Source: the human T2T-CHM13v2.0 reference genome, Homo sapiens
Assembly (NCBI RefSeq): GCF_009914755.1
Contig: NC_060938.1
Reading direction: 5' to 3' (one strand)
DNA length: 64,000 nucleotides
Numbering within the stretch: the first letter of the stretch is position 1; each line of letters starts with the position of its first letter. This document shows positions 16,491 to 39,513 of this stretch, piece by piece. The position numbers and the translations under genes were made by a program. A model generated the notes under the pieces. It saw only the letters and a program-made list of their open reading frames with translations. It had not been told where the DNA came from and made no database searches.

Positions 16491-18450
16491 TTATGGGGTC
16501 GTTTGAAACTAAATTATTCCATTTGATTTTTTGAAGGCCACACAGGTAGTACTAATTCTGATCCCAAACTTTATGAATGTGTCTATGAGTTCCTTTTTCT
16601 TTTTCCTGCTCTTCCTAGAATAATGCTAATAGGTAAGTATCGTCCTTGATTTGGGATGGGAAAAGGGAGGACAGAATCCAGACTGTGGCTTTAGTGCTAA
16701 TTCCAGTGGATTCTCACTAGAATTGCCTCATGCTTTCCCGAAAGTGTAAAATGTACATATGCATTATATCTTGATACGCTGTGCCAAGAGGGGCATTATT
16801 AATCTAGTTCACCACACCCAGCATCAGTAGTTGTCAGTTTTAATCTAAACCATTCTTACATTCTTGGACTAAACATCCCTGGGTCATGTTGAAAACAGTA
16901 CTTCTATACTAGCCTGACATTTTAAGATTCTTACAACTACATTAATCAGTGAGATTTGCCTATCATTTTTTTTTTTTAATGCTAGGCTTATCAGGCTTTG
17001 TTATCAAGAATAGGCAGCTTCATCAAATTAATTGACACTTCACAGGTTTCTCTACGCTCTTGAATTATTTATACACATGCAAAATTTGTGGTTACTTGAA
17101 AGCTTGAAAGAACACTTATAAAACTGACTGGGTCCAGGCACTTTCCCCCAAATCATTAATTTGACCTTTTCTAATGGTTATTAATGTATGCAGGCTTTCA
17201 AACTCTTGGTCCATTCCTTTCTCTCCCCATCTTTTTAAAAAACGTATTCATCAAGATGTAAAGATTTATAAAGCATATTTTTAGTTACATATCGTCTCAT
17301 TCCTAGATATCAGACTCCCCAGCAACCTATGATACAAGATTTTCAACTTGTAGATTTGTGATTTCTGTTCTTTGGCTTTTTCTAAATTATTCTAAATAAG
17401 GAGTTTGGACTTTAACTGAAAAGCTGTGGTGAGCCACCAAAGGAGCAGCATGATCCAATCCACACTTTAGAAAGAACATCCCAGCAGCTCATGAGGGCAA
17501 ACTGAAGGATCCTCAGAGATGAGAGGCAGGGAGGAGGCAGGAGCTTAACATTCCCTCCAGGAGGAAGATAAGAAAGGCCCAGCAAAGACCTGCAGCAGGG
17601 AGGGCAGGAAGGCAGGAAGTGGGGGTGCTGCACCTGCCGGGCAGTGAGCACACGCAGCAGTGGATGGGTTCTGCCTCACTCCTCACCCCAAAATACACTC
17701 CAGATGGAGCAAAGATTTAAATATAATAATGTGGCCATACAAGTACCAAAAAAAAAAGAAGTTTGTGAACTACAGAAAAGTTTTAAACTTCTTTATGGAA
17801 ATATAATACTATAAAGCAAAATCAAAAGACAAATGACGAGCTGGGAAGCATTGTCTGTAGCACCTGACCTGACTGCTTTAACATTCAGAGCTTGTGCAAA
17901 CCAAGAATAAAAAGACAAATAACTCAGTGGAAAAATTAATACTGGAGCTAAGAACAGGAAGTGTCTGAATAGATTCAACCTCGCTCTATTAAGGAAATGC
18001 AAATTAAAATAGATACTATTTTTTACTTATCAGTTTGGCAAAGATTTAAAAGTGTGATGAAAAGTGTGTTGGCCGAAGTGTGGAGAAACATACACCACCC
18101 CTTACCTATGTATCTATTTATTAGAGTATAAACTGGCATGGTCTCTTTGGAGAGCAATTTCATAATATCAAAAATTCGGCTACCCTTTACCCATCAAGTT
18201 CCATACTAGTAATTTAAACTTCAGATAGATTCAAAGCACACAAAGATAATAAAATTTGTTCACCAGGGTACTTTTTTACTTTTTGGCAAGTCTCAAACTG
18301 CAAACTGTACTTATCTATAGCAAATACTGGTTAAATGAATTGTATTAATCAAAGAAATATTAGGTAGCTATGAAAAGAAACTTGGACTTTTTGGACTAAA
18401 AGATGTCCAAAGAACTTCAAGGTATTTTAAATTTTTAAAAAGCTGGCCAG

Positions 18451-19066
<616 letters not shown>

Positions 19067-19629
19067 TTAAAAAGCAAGTTGTAGTACAGAATATAAGATA
19101 TGATCTTATGTTTGTGCTTGCATAAATATTTTCCAGAAGGATAGTGAAAGAAATCTCTAGTTCTAACTCTGGGGAATGAAAATAGGTAAGAAAAGTTTTC
19201 ACTTTATTCACTCATTTGTATTTAAATGGTATGTTGCTTTTATAGTCAAAAAAGAAAAAAAAATACTGCTCCCTCTGTAATCTAATACTCACCTCACTTA
19301 CTCTTACTTCCATCAGTCAATCTGGTTCCCATCCACTGGAATAGGCCTTGCTCCTACCCTCTGACTGGTCTTTGCTCATGCATTAACTATACCTAGAGAA
19401 ACTTCTCCCCCATTTAGAATTCTGCTCATCCCTCCACCTCCAGGTCTATTCACCTGCCAGGCCACAGCCATCATGGCTCCTCTGAACTTGGAGCTACAGC
19501 AGGCATTTCCATGGCACTTGCAGTCTTGCCCTGTGCACTCTCCTTGAGGGTGGCTGCCATGTCCTGCTTCTTTAGCCTCCACAGTAGCTGGCACAGTGCC
19601 CACCCAACAGGTCAGCCATGGCTACCTGA

Positions 19630-19995
<366 letters not shown>

Positions 19996-21511
19996 TAAGG
20001 GAAGAAAATGAATACATGTTCAATGGCTTTTCAGCAACAAAAGAAAGTTCTATTCAAACTAAGTTTATTCTAGAATTCTACTAGAGTTGAGCCAGATCAA
20101 CTCACTTCTGGCATTTTCTTGTTACTTAAGGCTTTACTGCTTGATATTTGACTTCACTGGCACTGAAAGGTCATTCATTTAAAGGCAAGCATATAACAAA
20201 CTTCATATATAAGATTAAAATGAGCAGTGAAGTTTTGCTAAGACATTCAGCTTTTATTCCTCTTCATTCTCTAAATATTCTTACTTCTTATAAGGAATAA
20301 GTAGTTGGATAAAATCTTAGTCTTCTTTTCTATTTAATAGACTCTTTATTCAAATTTTTTGCAAAATATTTGAAAGCAACATACACTTGGTTCTTTGGCT
20401 TCATGTTCCATTTTATTCTTAAATTTTAATCCTATTAGTCTAAGGACAAATCCCCATGCTAATAATCAACTCCTTTGTATTGTTTCATAAAAGCTTAATT
20501 ATTTGAGATCTTTTCCTTTCACTTGGAAAGGAAATAACTAAGATTATTTCCTTCTACCACCAGGTTGCCATTTATTGTATGATCTCACTGAATCACTCAA
20601 GAGTCCATTTCCCATAAAGTGTTAATCATGATCAACAGTTGGTTTTTCAGAGAAGGCTGTTACATTAAGACCAAGGCCTAATGTGATCTGCCAAGCTTTT
20701 TTACACTATGAAACTATCCATTACACCTTTCACATATGGACAGTCTGTTATAGGCATCAGCAGTGCTGGAATTTCTATATGGGCAAGGTATAGGGTTAGC
20801 AATCTTGCTGACAGGGAGGCCCAGGGGACTGGGCCTACAGCTATGTTTGCACAGTAAGCATGCTGATTTTACTTAGACTGTATATTATAAAACCATAAGA
20901 ATAACCAATTTTAGTAAAGATACTTTTACTCACAGTTGACATGAAATTGGTTTAATACATCATTAGTTGAGGGTAAGTTACTGGGAAGGGAGTCGTTAAT
21001 AAAAATTATAGTAAGATTAATTACTCCCAATCACTACCAACACACTTTTTCTCAGCAACTTTTCAGCACTGCCACCAGGGATGGATCACACGCAAGCAGC
21101 CAGAATGTTTCTGGATTTGTGCTAAGAGCCTTATTCCAGTGAAGCAATTACAGCTATGATATAATATTCTTTCATGGTGCCAAGCAGCCCTATCTAATAG
21201 CAAAATAGCTGAGCAGGAATGAGGTCAGAAACTGGGGAAGTTAAATTTGTCTCTTCTACCCACTTTCTTATTGATCCCCAGAGGAAATGAATGAGAAAGT
21301 GGAAGTGAAAACAAAGTAACAGGAACAACTTTAGAGGGCAGTTGTCAGATTGCTGGAGTAGTTTTTTTTTTACAGATTCCAACACAGAATTGAGAAATAT
21401 CAGGACCACCATTTCACAACTGTGTTAAATCCCAGGGCCTGCATAAAGAAACAGGAACACATCAGAGCCACAGCACAGTCAACTGGTCACAGAGACTCAT
21501 TTATTCCTCTT

Positions 21512-21812
<301 letters not shown>

Positions 21813-22907
21813 GAGACTCATTTATTTCAATTATGATATGGTCACTATAACCTCAAGTTATTCAAACTTAGCTTGATTATTTTTGAAAAAAAAAAAGAGT
21901 AGGAACACTTTACCCGACCCCTTCATCTTGTTCTTAACTTTCTCTCTCTCTCCACACACACACACACCTCCCAGTATTTCCTCCATCACTCAAAATTCAC
22001 TAACTTTATACGAAGAAACAACAAGGATATTTAAGGGCAATAAAATATTGGTGGCTGGGGCCTACCAGAGATATCTGAACACAAACCCCCATGTTGACTT
22101 CCAGTTAAACACAGATGAACGTGTATGTACATCACCTCTCCTAAAACCCAAATAAAAAAGGCAGTAAGGGAATTTTTTAAGGCATGAACCCACAGGATAA
22201 ACAACAGAAAAGAAGATTGTAGCAGGAAAGAGAAATGAGAGCGAGGAGCGTGAACACTGTATCAGAATAAAGCTGTGCAAAGCCAAGGCAGGCAGTCTTG
22301 TGTTTGCAGAAACAAAGAACCTAGACATGAACGGACTGGCCTGCAGGACCCCTGAGATATGCCTGGAGGCATCCAGTGCAGAGCAAGGCAGGGTTGAGGC
22401 TGGGGATCCCACAGGGAAGTTTCATTACAAGTCTGAAAGCAGTGTTGTATGAAAGCAAAGAAGGTGAGCACTCCCCTTGACAAGGATAGAAGAGTCCTCA
22501 GGCCTGACAACAAGTTCGACAGCAGAGCACTGCAGCTAGACCCCTGCCCAGCTTCTTCCCCAACCCCTCACTGTTAGCTAAACCCCCCTTAAAGGATGGG
22601 GCTGGACTGAAGGTAAGCTCAGGACCTCTCCAGTCAGAGAAGGCTCTGCAGAGAAAGAGGTGGGCTGAGACTTCCAGGATGTATGTATCTATGGAAGAAA
22701 GGGTGGGAAGTGGAAGAGGAAGCAGGCAGTAGGGGACGAGAAGGAAGGGGCATCTGTGTTTCAGACCCTCCAAGTCTTTAAGTTGCAATATGACTTCCAA
22801 GTTAGATCCATACAGGTAAAGAGAGAAAGCCTGATGAGATAGATTCTCAGCAGATGAGGGCAGGTCCTATAAACCTGTATTCTTGTTCACTGCACAGTCA
22901 CACTTAC

Positions 22908-22963
22908 CTCGCAAGTTTGCTGAGGCCAAGGACTTGCTTGTTAGGAAGATAACCAATATGGAC
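22908..22963 (-). CDS. GCH1: GCH1 exon 3 (56 bp), VHIGYLPNKQVLGLSKLA(R)
   Basis: Acceptor CTGAAG|GTC and donor GAG|GTAAGT. Contains the GLSKLAR motif. Confidence 0.98.
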
Positions 22964-23213
22964 CTTCAGAGAAGAGACGGAAATCATTAGCTGAGTGAAA
23001 ATACAGTGCCTTCTTTGTGACAAAATAAGGAAATATAGAAAGAATATAGTACACTTTTATGTAATTTATCACGACAATGTATTACCTTGAAAACATCTGG
23101 AACTGTTAAGACTTAGAAAATGAAACATTTATATATGTATTTTTAAAATTACATAAATGCAGTAAAAGCAAAATATATAAGTATGAGTCTATTAATCAAA
23201 TAACAAACTTGTA

Positions 23214-23454
23214 CAGTTGTCCGTTGGTAAATGCGGGAGATTGCTTCCAGGACCCCTGTGTATACCCAAATCCTGCATACTCAAGTCCCGCAGTCGGCCC
23301 TGCAGAACCTGCATATATGAAAAGTTGCCCCTCCATCTATACAGGTTTTGTATCCTGCAAATACTGTAGAATTTTTGATCAGTGTTTGCTTGAAAAAGAG
23401 CCATGTCTAAGTGGACCCATGCAGTTCAAATTCATGTTGTTCAAGAGTCAATTG
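23214..23454 (+). mobile_element. MER8 (Tigger-family MITE)
   Basis: CAGTTGTCCGTTGGTA...TTCCAGGACCCC...GTTGTTCAAGAGTCAATTG. Confidence 0.8.
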
Positions 23455-23640
23455 CATGGCCCTGACACTTACCTGTGAAGTTGAACTCTTGACACAAATC
23501 TGAAAGTTTCTTCTTTATGGAGGAGAAACATTCTCAAGGAAAGGCAAATGATCTCATAGCAACACTAAAATGTATACAGGAAAGCCTCCTTTAAATGGCA
23601 AAAACTGTAAGCATAAGTATTGCCATTCCACACATCACAG

Positions 23641-23680
23641 CAGCCTTAAGATCCCACCTCACAGCCTTAAGATCCCACCG
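23641..23680. repeat. 21-bp tandem duplication CAGCCTTAAGATCCCACCTCA
   Basis: Read directly. The second copy is partial. Confidence 0.9.
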
Positions 23681-23765
23681 CAAAGCCCTGCAGCACAGAA
23701 GGTCTCCACACCCTTTTGTGCTTGGCTTCCTGGTTTCTAAGCTGCTAGAGAGTGCACCATCTTCC

Positions 23766-24065
23766 TTTTTTTTTTTTTTTTTTTTGAGATGGAGTCTCAC
23801 TCTGTCGCCCAGGCTGGAGTACAGTGGCCCAATCTTGGCTCACTGCAAGCTCCGCCTCCAAGGTTCAAGCAATTCCCCTGCCTTAGCCTCCTGAGTAGCC
23901 GGGACTACAGGCGCCTGCCACCACACCCAGCTAATTTTTGTATTTTTAGTAGAGATGGTGTTTCACCGTGTTAGCCAGGATGGTTTCGATCTCCTGACCT
24001 TGTGATCTGCCCGCCTCGGCCTCCCAAAGAGTTGGGATTACAGGCGTGAGCCACCACGCCCGGCC
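23766..24065 (-). mobile_element. AluY/Sc
   Basis: CCGTGTTAGCCAGGATGG diagnostic. TSD CCATCTTCCT. Confidence 0.92.
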
Positions 24066-24680
24066 CCATCTTCCTAACTGGAGAAAAAGGGCACTGCTAC
24101 CACCATGGCTTGGCAAGAACCTGCACCCTAAGAACTAAGTTTTAAAGGACCCAATATACAGCCAGGCCATTTCTGTTATCTTAAATGGCACCAATTAATA
24201 TCAAATATAAAAGTTACTCTTTTGGGGCCAAATACTACATACGAAAAACATTAGTTCTCTGAAAAGATTAATAGAGTAAATGGTCACTTGTAGGCAATTA
24301 ATTAACCGAATATAAAATTAGAGACTCAACGGCATCATGGTTTGCTAACACTGTTTTCATTGTTCACTTACTATTTACATAATTGATCTAGTAGTACTTA
24401 GTGATTTTTTCCCCCATCCATTGGCACTATGCTTTAGGAATTTGAGAAGTCCACCTCATTGCCTTCCTGGTTGGCAGGAGGAAAAAGTAAAATAGCACCT
24501 GAACATTGAGGATTTCAAAGAAAAATTAGAGAGTTAAAACTTTCCCATGAACCAAGGTCTTCTATGCTGTCTGAAATTTTTACATTTCCATGCAGACACG
24601 GAATTTGTTCATTGTTTATACTATTTTTGGTCTTAAGATCCTAGGTAATTTAAATGTCCATTTCACAAAATCACTAGATA

Positions 24681-25068
<388 letters not shown>

Positions 25069-25257
25069 TCAGTGCCTTGGATCTGGCTGCAGCCAAGCCA
25101 CTAACTCTCTCTATCCTCTTGAACAAGTCACAGGCTTTCTGTGCCTAATTTGCTCACCAATAGATTCCCTTTCAAAGATTCCTTCATTATCAATTGCAGG
25201 ATTTCCAGATACGATATGGCTTCTGATGTGATGTATCTGGGTTTTCTGATTGCTTTC

Positions 25258-25981
<724 letters not shown>

Positions 25982-25992
25982 CTTACGAACTA

Positions 25993-26298
25993 CTTTTATC
26001 AGAAATGTTTAGCCCTAGTCTTATGAAACTTTAGATCTAATCTAGTTTATAGGAAATCCAGAGGCTGAAGGAAACAAATCTGGAAGGTGGGGCACTCTGC
26101 TGAACAGCTGGCCTATTTTCTTTTCAGTAGAGAATGTTATGGGTGGGAGCACTATTTTAGAACAAAAGGGACTTAACAGGTATAACCAAATGCAATGTAA
26201 ATACAAATGTGTGACTCTCCCTTGGATTCCTGTTTAAACAAACCAAGAGTAAACATTTGAGACAATTGGAGAAATTTAAATATGAATTCGTTATTAGA
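25993..26298 (+). repeat. Left arm of a ~306-bp inverted repeat (ancient L1M-like sequence)
   Basis: Reverse complement of 27709-28015, with ~20 differences by manual alignment. Confidence 0.95.
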
Positions 26299-26363
26299 CA
26301 CTATTTAAGAATTATTGTTAATTTTGTGATAGTGCTGCTGTGGATAAGTAAGAAAATATTTTA

Positions 26364-26999
<636 letters not shown>

Positions 27000-27027
27000 T
27001 TAGGGATTAAGAAGAGAAAAGAAATGA

Positions 27028-27407
<380 letters not shown>

Positions 27408-27708
27408 TGAAGTGGTAAGGAACACCCTTAAGTTTTATGCATTTTCTATCTATATATTATTTCCATAAAAAAGTGAAAAGATACAATACTTTAACAAAGA
27501 CAAAAATGAAGCAAATGTTAACACTTTAACTTTAGTTGATGGGTATATAAGTATTCATAACACTGCTTCTTGTAAGTCTTCTGTTTAAAGATTATTAATA
27601 AAGAGTCAAAATTAAATAAAATTATGATGGGGGTAGGGAAATGGGACAACTCTTTGTTCTATACCACATGTTCTCAAAGGTATGTTAAGTAGTCATTCCT
27701 AGACAACA

Positions 27709-28015
27709 TCTAATAACTAACTCAGATTTAAATTCCTCCAATTGTCTCAAATGTTTTACTTTTGGTTTGTTTAAACAGGAATCCAATGGAGAGTCACACA
27801 TTTGTATTTACACTGCATTTGGTTATACCTCTTAAGTCCCTTTTGTCCTAAAATAGTGCTCCCACCCATAATATTCTCTATTGAAAAGAGAATAGGCCAG
27901 CTGTTCAGCAGAGTGCCCCACCTTCTGGATTTGTTCCATTCAGCCTCTGGATTTCCTGTAAACTAGATTAGATCTAAAGTTTCATAAGACTAGGACTAAA
28001 CATTTCTGACAAAAG
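27709..28015 (-). repeat. Right arm of the ~306-bp inverted repeat
   Basis: Reverse complement of 25993-26298. Confidence 0.95.
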
Positions 28016-28352
28016 AAATTCACAGAGGTGCTGAGGAATCTAATGCATTAGATTCACTTTTCCTAATATAGAAAGGAATGGAAACAAATCCACAAATACC
28101 ATAACCTCTGTCACAAGAAATTCTGCAATTATTGTTGCTCATGACATGCCATACATACATATCTATCTTGGATCAAACATTATTCAAGTTAAAATAAAGG
28201 GCATCTCTAGATTGGGATGCTAATAATAAATAAATAAAGGTTAAAGGTTTTCAGAGCCTGTAGTAGCTACAAAAAAAAAAAAGAGAGAGAGAGATGCTAC
28301 TTAAACCTCATTATTTTAACCTATGAACCTGGTATTTAACATGAAAGGCTTA

Positions 28353-28682
<330 letters not shown>

Positions 28683-30504
28683 TTAGTAACATGTCCAATT
28701 TTATAGAAAGGTAGAATTATGGATAAACATGAATAGACAGTCAACATAAACGAACGTTAATCCTCCCTAAAATATTAAGGGAATACAAATTAAAACTAGA
28801 TATTTTTCCTTATCAAAGTAGCAAAGTCCTTTTCTGTAAGTAACATTTAAAAATCCTTGATACAGTGTTACATGAAAAATGCAGGATTATGAACATATTT
28901 GCAGTATGGAAGAGGAAGGAGAACGGAGGGAGGAAAGGAAAAATTATACCAAAATAAAACAGTGGCTATTTCTGGCAGTAGAAATGGGCCACTTTCACTT
29001 TCTTCCTTACATTTTCTTCTACTTTATATTTTGTCTATAATCAATATGTAGAAAACCATATCTGAGAAAAAGACTAATCCTTAGCCCTCTGACTTCTGAG
29101 GCCAGATCCAGACACCTGTAAACCTGACCTCTATTATCAATTCCCCAAGTAATTTTCTACATTTGTAAAGTGTTCTATATATTGTAGGCTAGCATCAGAC
29201 TTATTCTAAACAGTTGCCTTCCTAAGGAAATAAATCCTACAGTTTGTGTGTATATGCCTCTCTGGGAAGGCTTTGGAAGATAAGCAGTGTCTTGTTTAAG
29301 CTGTGGACCCTGGCACTTCCAGCCAGACATACAATAGACATTAAAAAAAAAAAAAGCTTTATTTTTAAAAATTGCACTGACTTATCCTCAACTATGCTAT
29401 GTGCAAAAGAAAAGATTAATCAGATGATGCCTGAGAGCACTCTGAGCTTCCTAACATTCGGTGACTGCAAGAACATCCTGTCCTGGATGCTGAAGAGGGA
29501 TAGAGGGAAACAAGCCACATTCCCCACCAATCATAATATAGCCAAGCTATTGATAATAGGCAGGTACCCAAACAACATTGTAGATAAATGCCATATGACA
29601 TGGAAACTTCTTCAGCTATATTGTCAAATGAGAAAAGAAGCTACAAAGAAATACAGTAGGATTTCATTTTCGGAAAATAAATATAGACATAGAAAAAAAC
29701 TGTACTGATACCTAGACAGCTTGGCAGACTAGATATAATAAGACACGTAGCTGAGTAATTTCAAGGATTTGGGGGATATGCAATATACATAATAGAATTA
29801 GACAGAGAAGGGAAGGGATGTATTAGAGCTTTGCACCTGCAGCTCTTTCCCCTCAGAAAGGCAGGCGGCTGAGTGAGTCACAGGAAGATGGACAAATGTC
29901 CACCCACACTGCCTGACCTTCAGTGGCTCCACTGCTACTAGAATAGGGGGCTCACAGAGACCAAGTCATCACGTAAACCACAGTTATTACCCCAAGTCAG
30001 GCTATTCAGAGATACATTTGACTGTGTCATAGAAAAGTCATTAGTGTGGTCAAGAAAGGCGAACATGGCAGGGTTAGACACATACAGACAAACAGAGACA
30101 CCCCTGGTAGAAGTGGCTGATAACATCCCAGGAGAAAAAGGCGCAGTGTCACTCACTGAGTATTTCTTCTACCACAGCACTTTTCTATGCTGAATATTCT
30201 GCCCTACCTTCAGTCTTATTTCTGAAAAGAAGACCAAAAATAGATCCTTAATGTTTCCAAAAGTTTCTTGGATTTCTCCCCAAGATTTTAATATGGTATG
30301 ATTGCCACATATAGCTTACTAAAATCTTTAGTCACACAAGATATATTCCTGGAAGGAAAAACAAACCAAAAAAATGTCTTAAAGAAAAAACAAGAGAGAA
30401 GCATTAAATATAGGAAGCATTTGTTTTCTCTGGCAAAGAATGAGAGCGTCCCCATCCTAAGCTCTGACGACAACCATATGGCCCATGTTAAAGTCAGCCC
30501 TTCA

Positions 30505-30990
<486 letters not shown>

Positions 30991-31357
30991 GCAAGTGCTA
31001 GTTATTGTTATTACTATTATTATTACAATTAAGATTGAGGGAGCTGCAAAGCTATGTATCTCCCATGCATATTGAGGTACATCAAAATTTAAAAAGCAAT
31101 AATTTGCCTTAACAGAGTACAGAAAAGGAAAAATAGTAACTTGGTGGAGAAACCTGGCAGAGGCTACCTTAACCAAATGATTAAGGTTAACTTTGCCAGT
31201 AACAGGACATACTGACATCAGGTAGCTCCTGATAGGACACCATGAGAAGGGCACATCACCTCTGCGGTATTCTTCCCAAAAATCCATAACTGCAGCCTAA
31301 TCATCAGACAAATCTAGGGACACAAAATATCTAAACAAGTACTCTTAGAAAGCATCA

Positions 31358-31645
31358 GGCCAGGCACAGTGGCTCACACCTGTAATCCCAGCACTTTGGT
31401 AGGGCAAGGTGGGAGGATCACTTGAGCCCAGCATTCTGAGACCAGCCTAGGTAACACTGCAATATCCCATCTCCACAAAAAATAAGAAAAAAATTAGCCA
31501 GGCACGGCAGCACACTCCTATAGTCATAGCTATTCAGGAGGCTAAGGCAGGAGGATCACTTAAGCCCAGCAGTTCAATGCTACAATGAGCTATGATTGCA
31601 CCACTCCACTCCAAATAGAGTGACAGGGCAAGATCCTGTCTCTAT
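31358..31645 (+). mobile_element. AluJ
   Basis: GGAGGATCACTTGAGCCCAG. Confidence 0.88.
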
Positions 31646-31740
31646 TTTTTAAGTGTTTAAAAATTAAAAAAAAAAATTAAGGCATCAAAGTCATGAAAGA
31701 CACAGAAAGACTAAGGAATTGTCAGATTGTAGGAGACTAG

Positions 31741-33005
<1,265 letters not shown>

Positions 33006-33019
33006 CAATAAAAAGTTTT

Positions 33020-33420
33020 CTAAAAAGCAAAAGGACAATGTCCCTCAACTGGAACATATAAACAATGGAGTACACTCAGCAAGAAGATGGAATGAATTAC
33101 TGATACATGTAATAACATGGTTTGAGTCTCCAAAGTACACTACAATGTGAAAGAAGACATCCATACACAGAAGAGACTACCTATGTTCTAGAAAAGGCAA
33201 AACTATAGTGATAGAAGGCAGACAGGTGGTTTACCAGGGCCAGAGAGGTAGGAGAGAGAACTTCACTGCAAAAGGAAAGAAAGAAACTTTTTTGGGTGAT
33301 GGAAATAGTTCCTATCTTCACTGTATGGGTGGCTATATAACTGCATACGTTTGTTAAAATTCACATTGTACATGTAAAGTAGGTAAATTTTACATAAGAT
33401 AAGTGACACCTTAATAAAGC
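33020..33420 (+). mobile_element. Old L1M 3' region
   Basis: TTCTAGAAAAGGCAAAACTATAGTGA..GGGTGATGGAAAT..CTTAATAAAG. Confidence 0.65.
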
Positions 33421-33858
33421 TAACTTCAAACATAATTTTTAGGCTGGGTGCGGTGGCTCACATCTGTAATTCTAGCACTTTGGGAGGCGAAGGTGAGAAC
33501 ATTGCTAGAGGCCAAGAGTTCAAGACCAGACTGCCCAACCTAGCCAGACTCTGTTTTTACCAAAAAAAAAAAAAAAAAAAAAAAAAGGGTGGGGGTGGAG
33601 CCAAGATGGCCGAATAGGGACAGCTCCAGTCTACAGCTCCCAGTGTGAGCAACGCATAAGACGGGTGATTTCTGCATTTCTAACTGAGGTATCGGGTTCA
33701 TCTCACTGGGGAGTGTCGGACAGTGGGTGCAGGACAGGGGGTGCAGCGCACCCAGTGAGCCAAAGCAGGGCGAGGCGTCACCTCACCCGGGAAGCACAAG
33801 GGGTCAGGGAATTCCCTTTCCTAGTCAAAGAAAGCGGTGACACATGGCACCTGGAAAA

Positions 33859-34041
33859 TCAGGTCACTCCCACCCTAATACTGCACTTTTCCAACGATCT
33901 TAGCAAACGGCACACCAGGAGATAATATCCTGCGCTTGGCTCGGAGGGTCCTACTCCCACAGATCCTCGCTCATTGCTAGCACAGCAGTCTGAGATCAAA
34001 CTGCAAGGCGGCAGCGAGGCTGGGGGAGGGGCACCCGCCAT
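33859..34041 (-). pseudogene. L1 ORF0, truncated at 60 aa
   Basis: MAGAPPPASLPPCSLISDCCASN...IRVGVT* matches primate L1 ORF0 (71 aa) with a premature TGA. Confidence 0.85.
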
Positions 34042-34616
34042 TGCCGAGGCTTGAGTAGGTAAACAAAGCGGCTGGGAAGCTTGAACTGGGTGGAGCCCAC
34101 CGCAGCTCAAGGAGCCCTGCCTGCCTCCGTAGACTCCACCTCTGGGGGCACGGCATAGCCGAACAAAAGGCAGCAGAAACTTCTGCAGACTTAAAAGTCC
34201 CTGTCTGACAGCTTGGAAGACAGCAGTGGTTCTCCCAGCATGCAGCCTGAGATCTGAGAATGGACAGACTGCCTCCTAAAGTGGGTCCCTGACCCCCGAG
34301 TAGCCTAACTGGGAGGCACCCCCAAGGAGGGGCAGACTGACACCTCACACAGCCGGGTACTCCTCTGAGACAAAACTTCCAGAGGAACGATCAGGCAGCA
34401 ACATTTGCTGTTCACCAATATCCACTGTTCTGCAGCCTCCGCTGCTAATACCCAGGCAAACAGGGTCTGGAGTGGACCTCCAGCAAACTCCAACAGACCG
34501 GCAGCTGAGGGTCCTGACTGTTAGAAGGAAAACTAACAAACAAAAAAGACATCCACACCAAAATCCCATCTGTACATCACCATCATCAAAGACCAAAGGT
34601 AGATAAAACCACAAAG

Positions 34617-35632
34617 ACAGGGAAAAAACAGAGCAGAAAAACTGGAAACTCTAAACATCAGAGTGCATCTCCTCCTCCAAAGGAACGCAGCTCCTCACCA
34701 GCAACGGAACAAAGCCAGACGGAGAATGACTTTGACGAATTGAGAGAAAAAGGCTTCAGACGAACAAACTACTCCAAGCTAAAGGAGGAATTTCGAACCC
34801 ATGGCAAAGAAGTTAAAAACCTTTAAAAAAATTAGACGAATGGCTAACTAGAATAACCAATGCAGAGAAGTCCTTAAAGGACCTGATGGAGCTGAAAACC
34901 ATGGCACGAGAACTACGTGATGAATGCACAAGCCTCAGTAGCTGATTCGATCAACTGGAAGAAAGGGTATCAGTGATGGAAGATCAAATGAATGAAATGA
35001 AGCAAGAAGAGAAGTTTAGAGAAAAAAGAATAAAAAGAAATGAACAAAGCCTCCAAGAAATATGGGACTATGTGAAAGGACCAAATCTATATCTGATTGG
35101 TGTACCTGAAAGTGACAGGGAGAATGGAACCAAGTTGGAAAACACTCTGCAGGATATCATCCAGGAGAACTTCCCCAATCTAGCAAGGCAGGCCAACATT
35201 CAGATTCAGGAAATACAGAGAATGCCACAAAGATACTCCTCGAGAAGAGCAACTCCAAGACACATAATTGTCAGATTCACCAAAGTTGAAATGAAGGAAA
35301 AAATGTTAAGGGCAGCCAGAGAGAAAGGTCAGGTTACCCACAAAGGGAAGCCCATCGGACTAACAGCTGATCTCTCGGCAGAAACTCTACAAGCCAGAAG
35401 AGAGTGGGGGCCAATATTCAACATTCTTAAAGAAAAGAATTTTCAACCCAGAATTTCATATCCAGCCAAACTAAGCTTCATAAGTGAAGGAGAAATAAAA
35501 TCCTTTACAGACAAGCAAATGCTGAGAGATTTTGTCACCACCACGCCTGCCCTACAAGAGCTCCTGAAAGAAGCACTAAACATGGAAAGGAACAACCGGT
35601 ACCAGCCACTGAAAAAACATGCCAAATTGTAA
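34617..35632 (+). pseudogene. L1 ORF1 remnant
   Basis: Start codon mutated to ACA and disruption near 34824. The C-terminal 219 aa are open (REKG, ARR, YPAKLS motifs). Confidence 0.93.
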
Positions 35633-35695
35633 AGACCATTGAGGCTAGGAAAAAACTGCATCAACTAACGAGCAAAATAACCAGCTAACATCATA

Positions 35696-39513
<3,818 letters not shown>

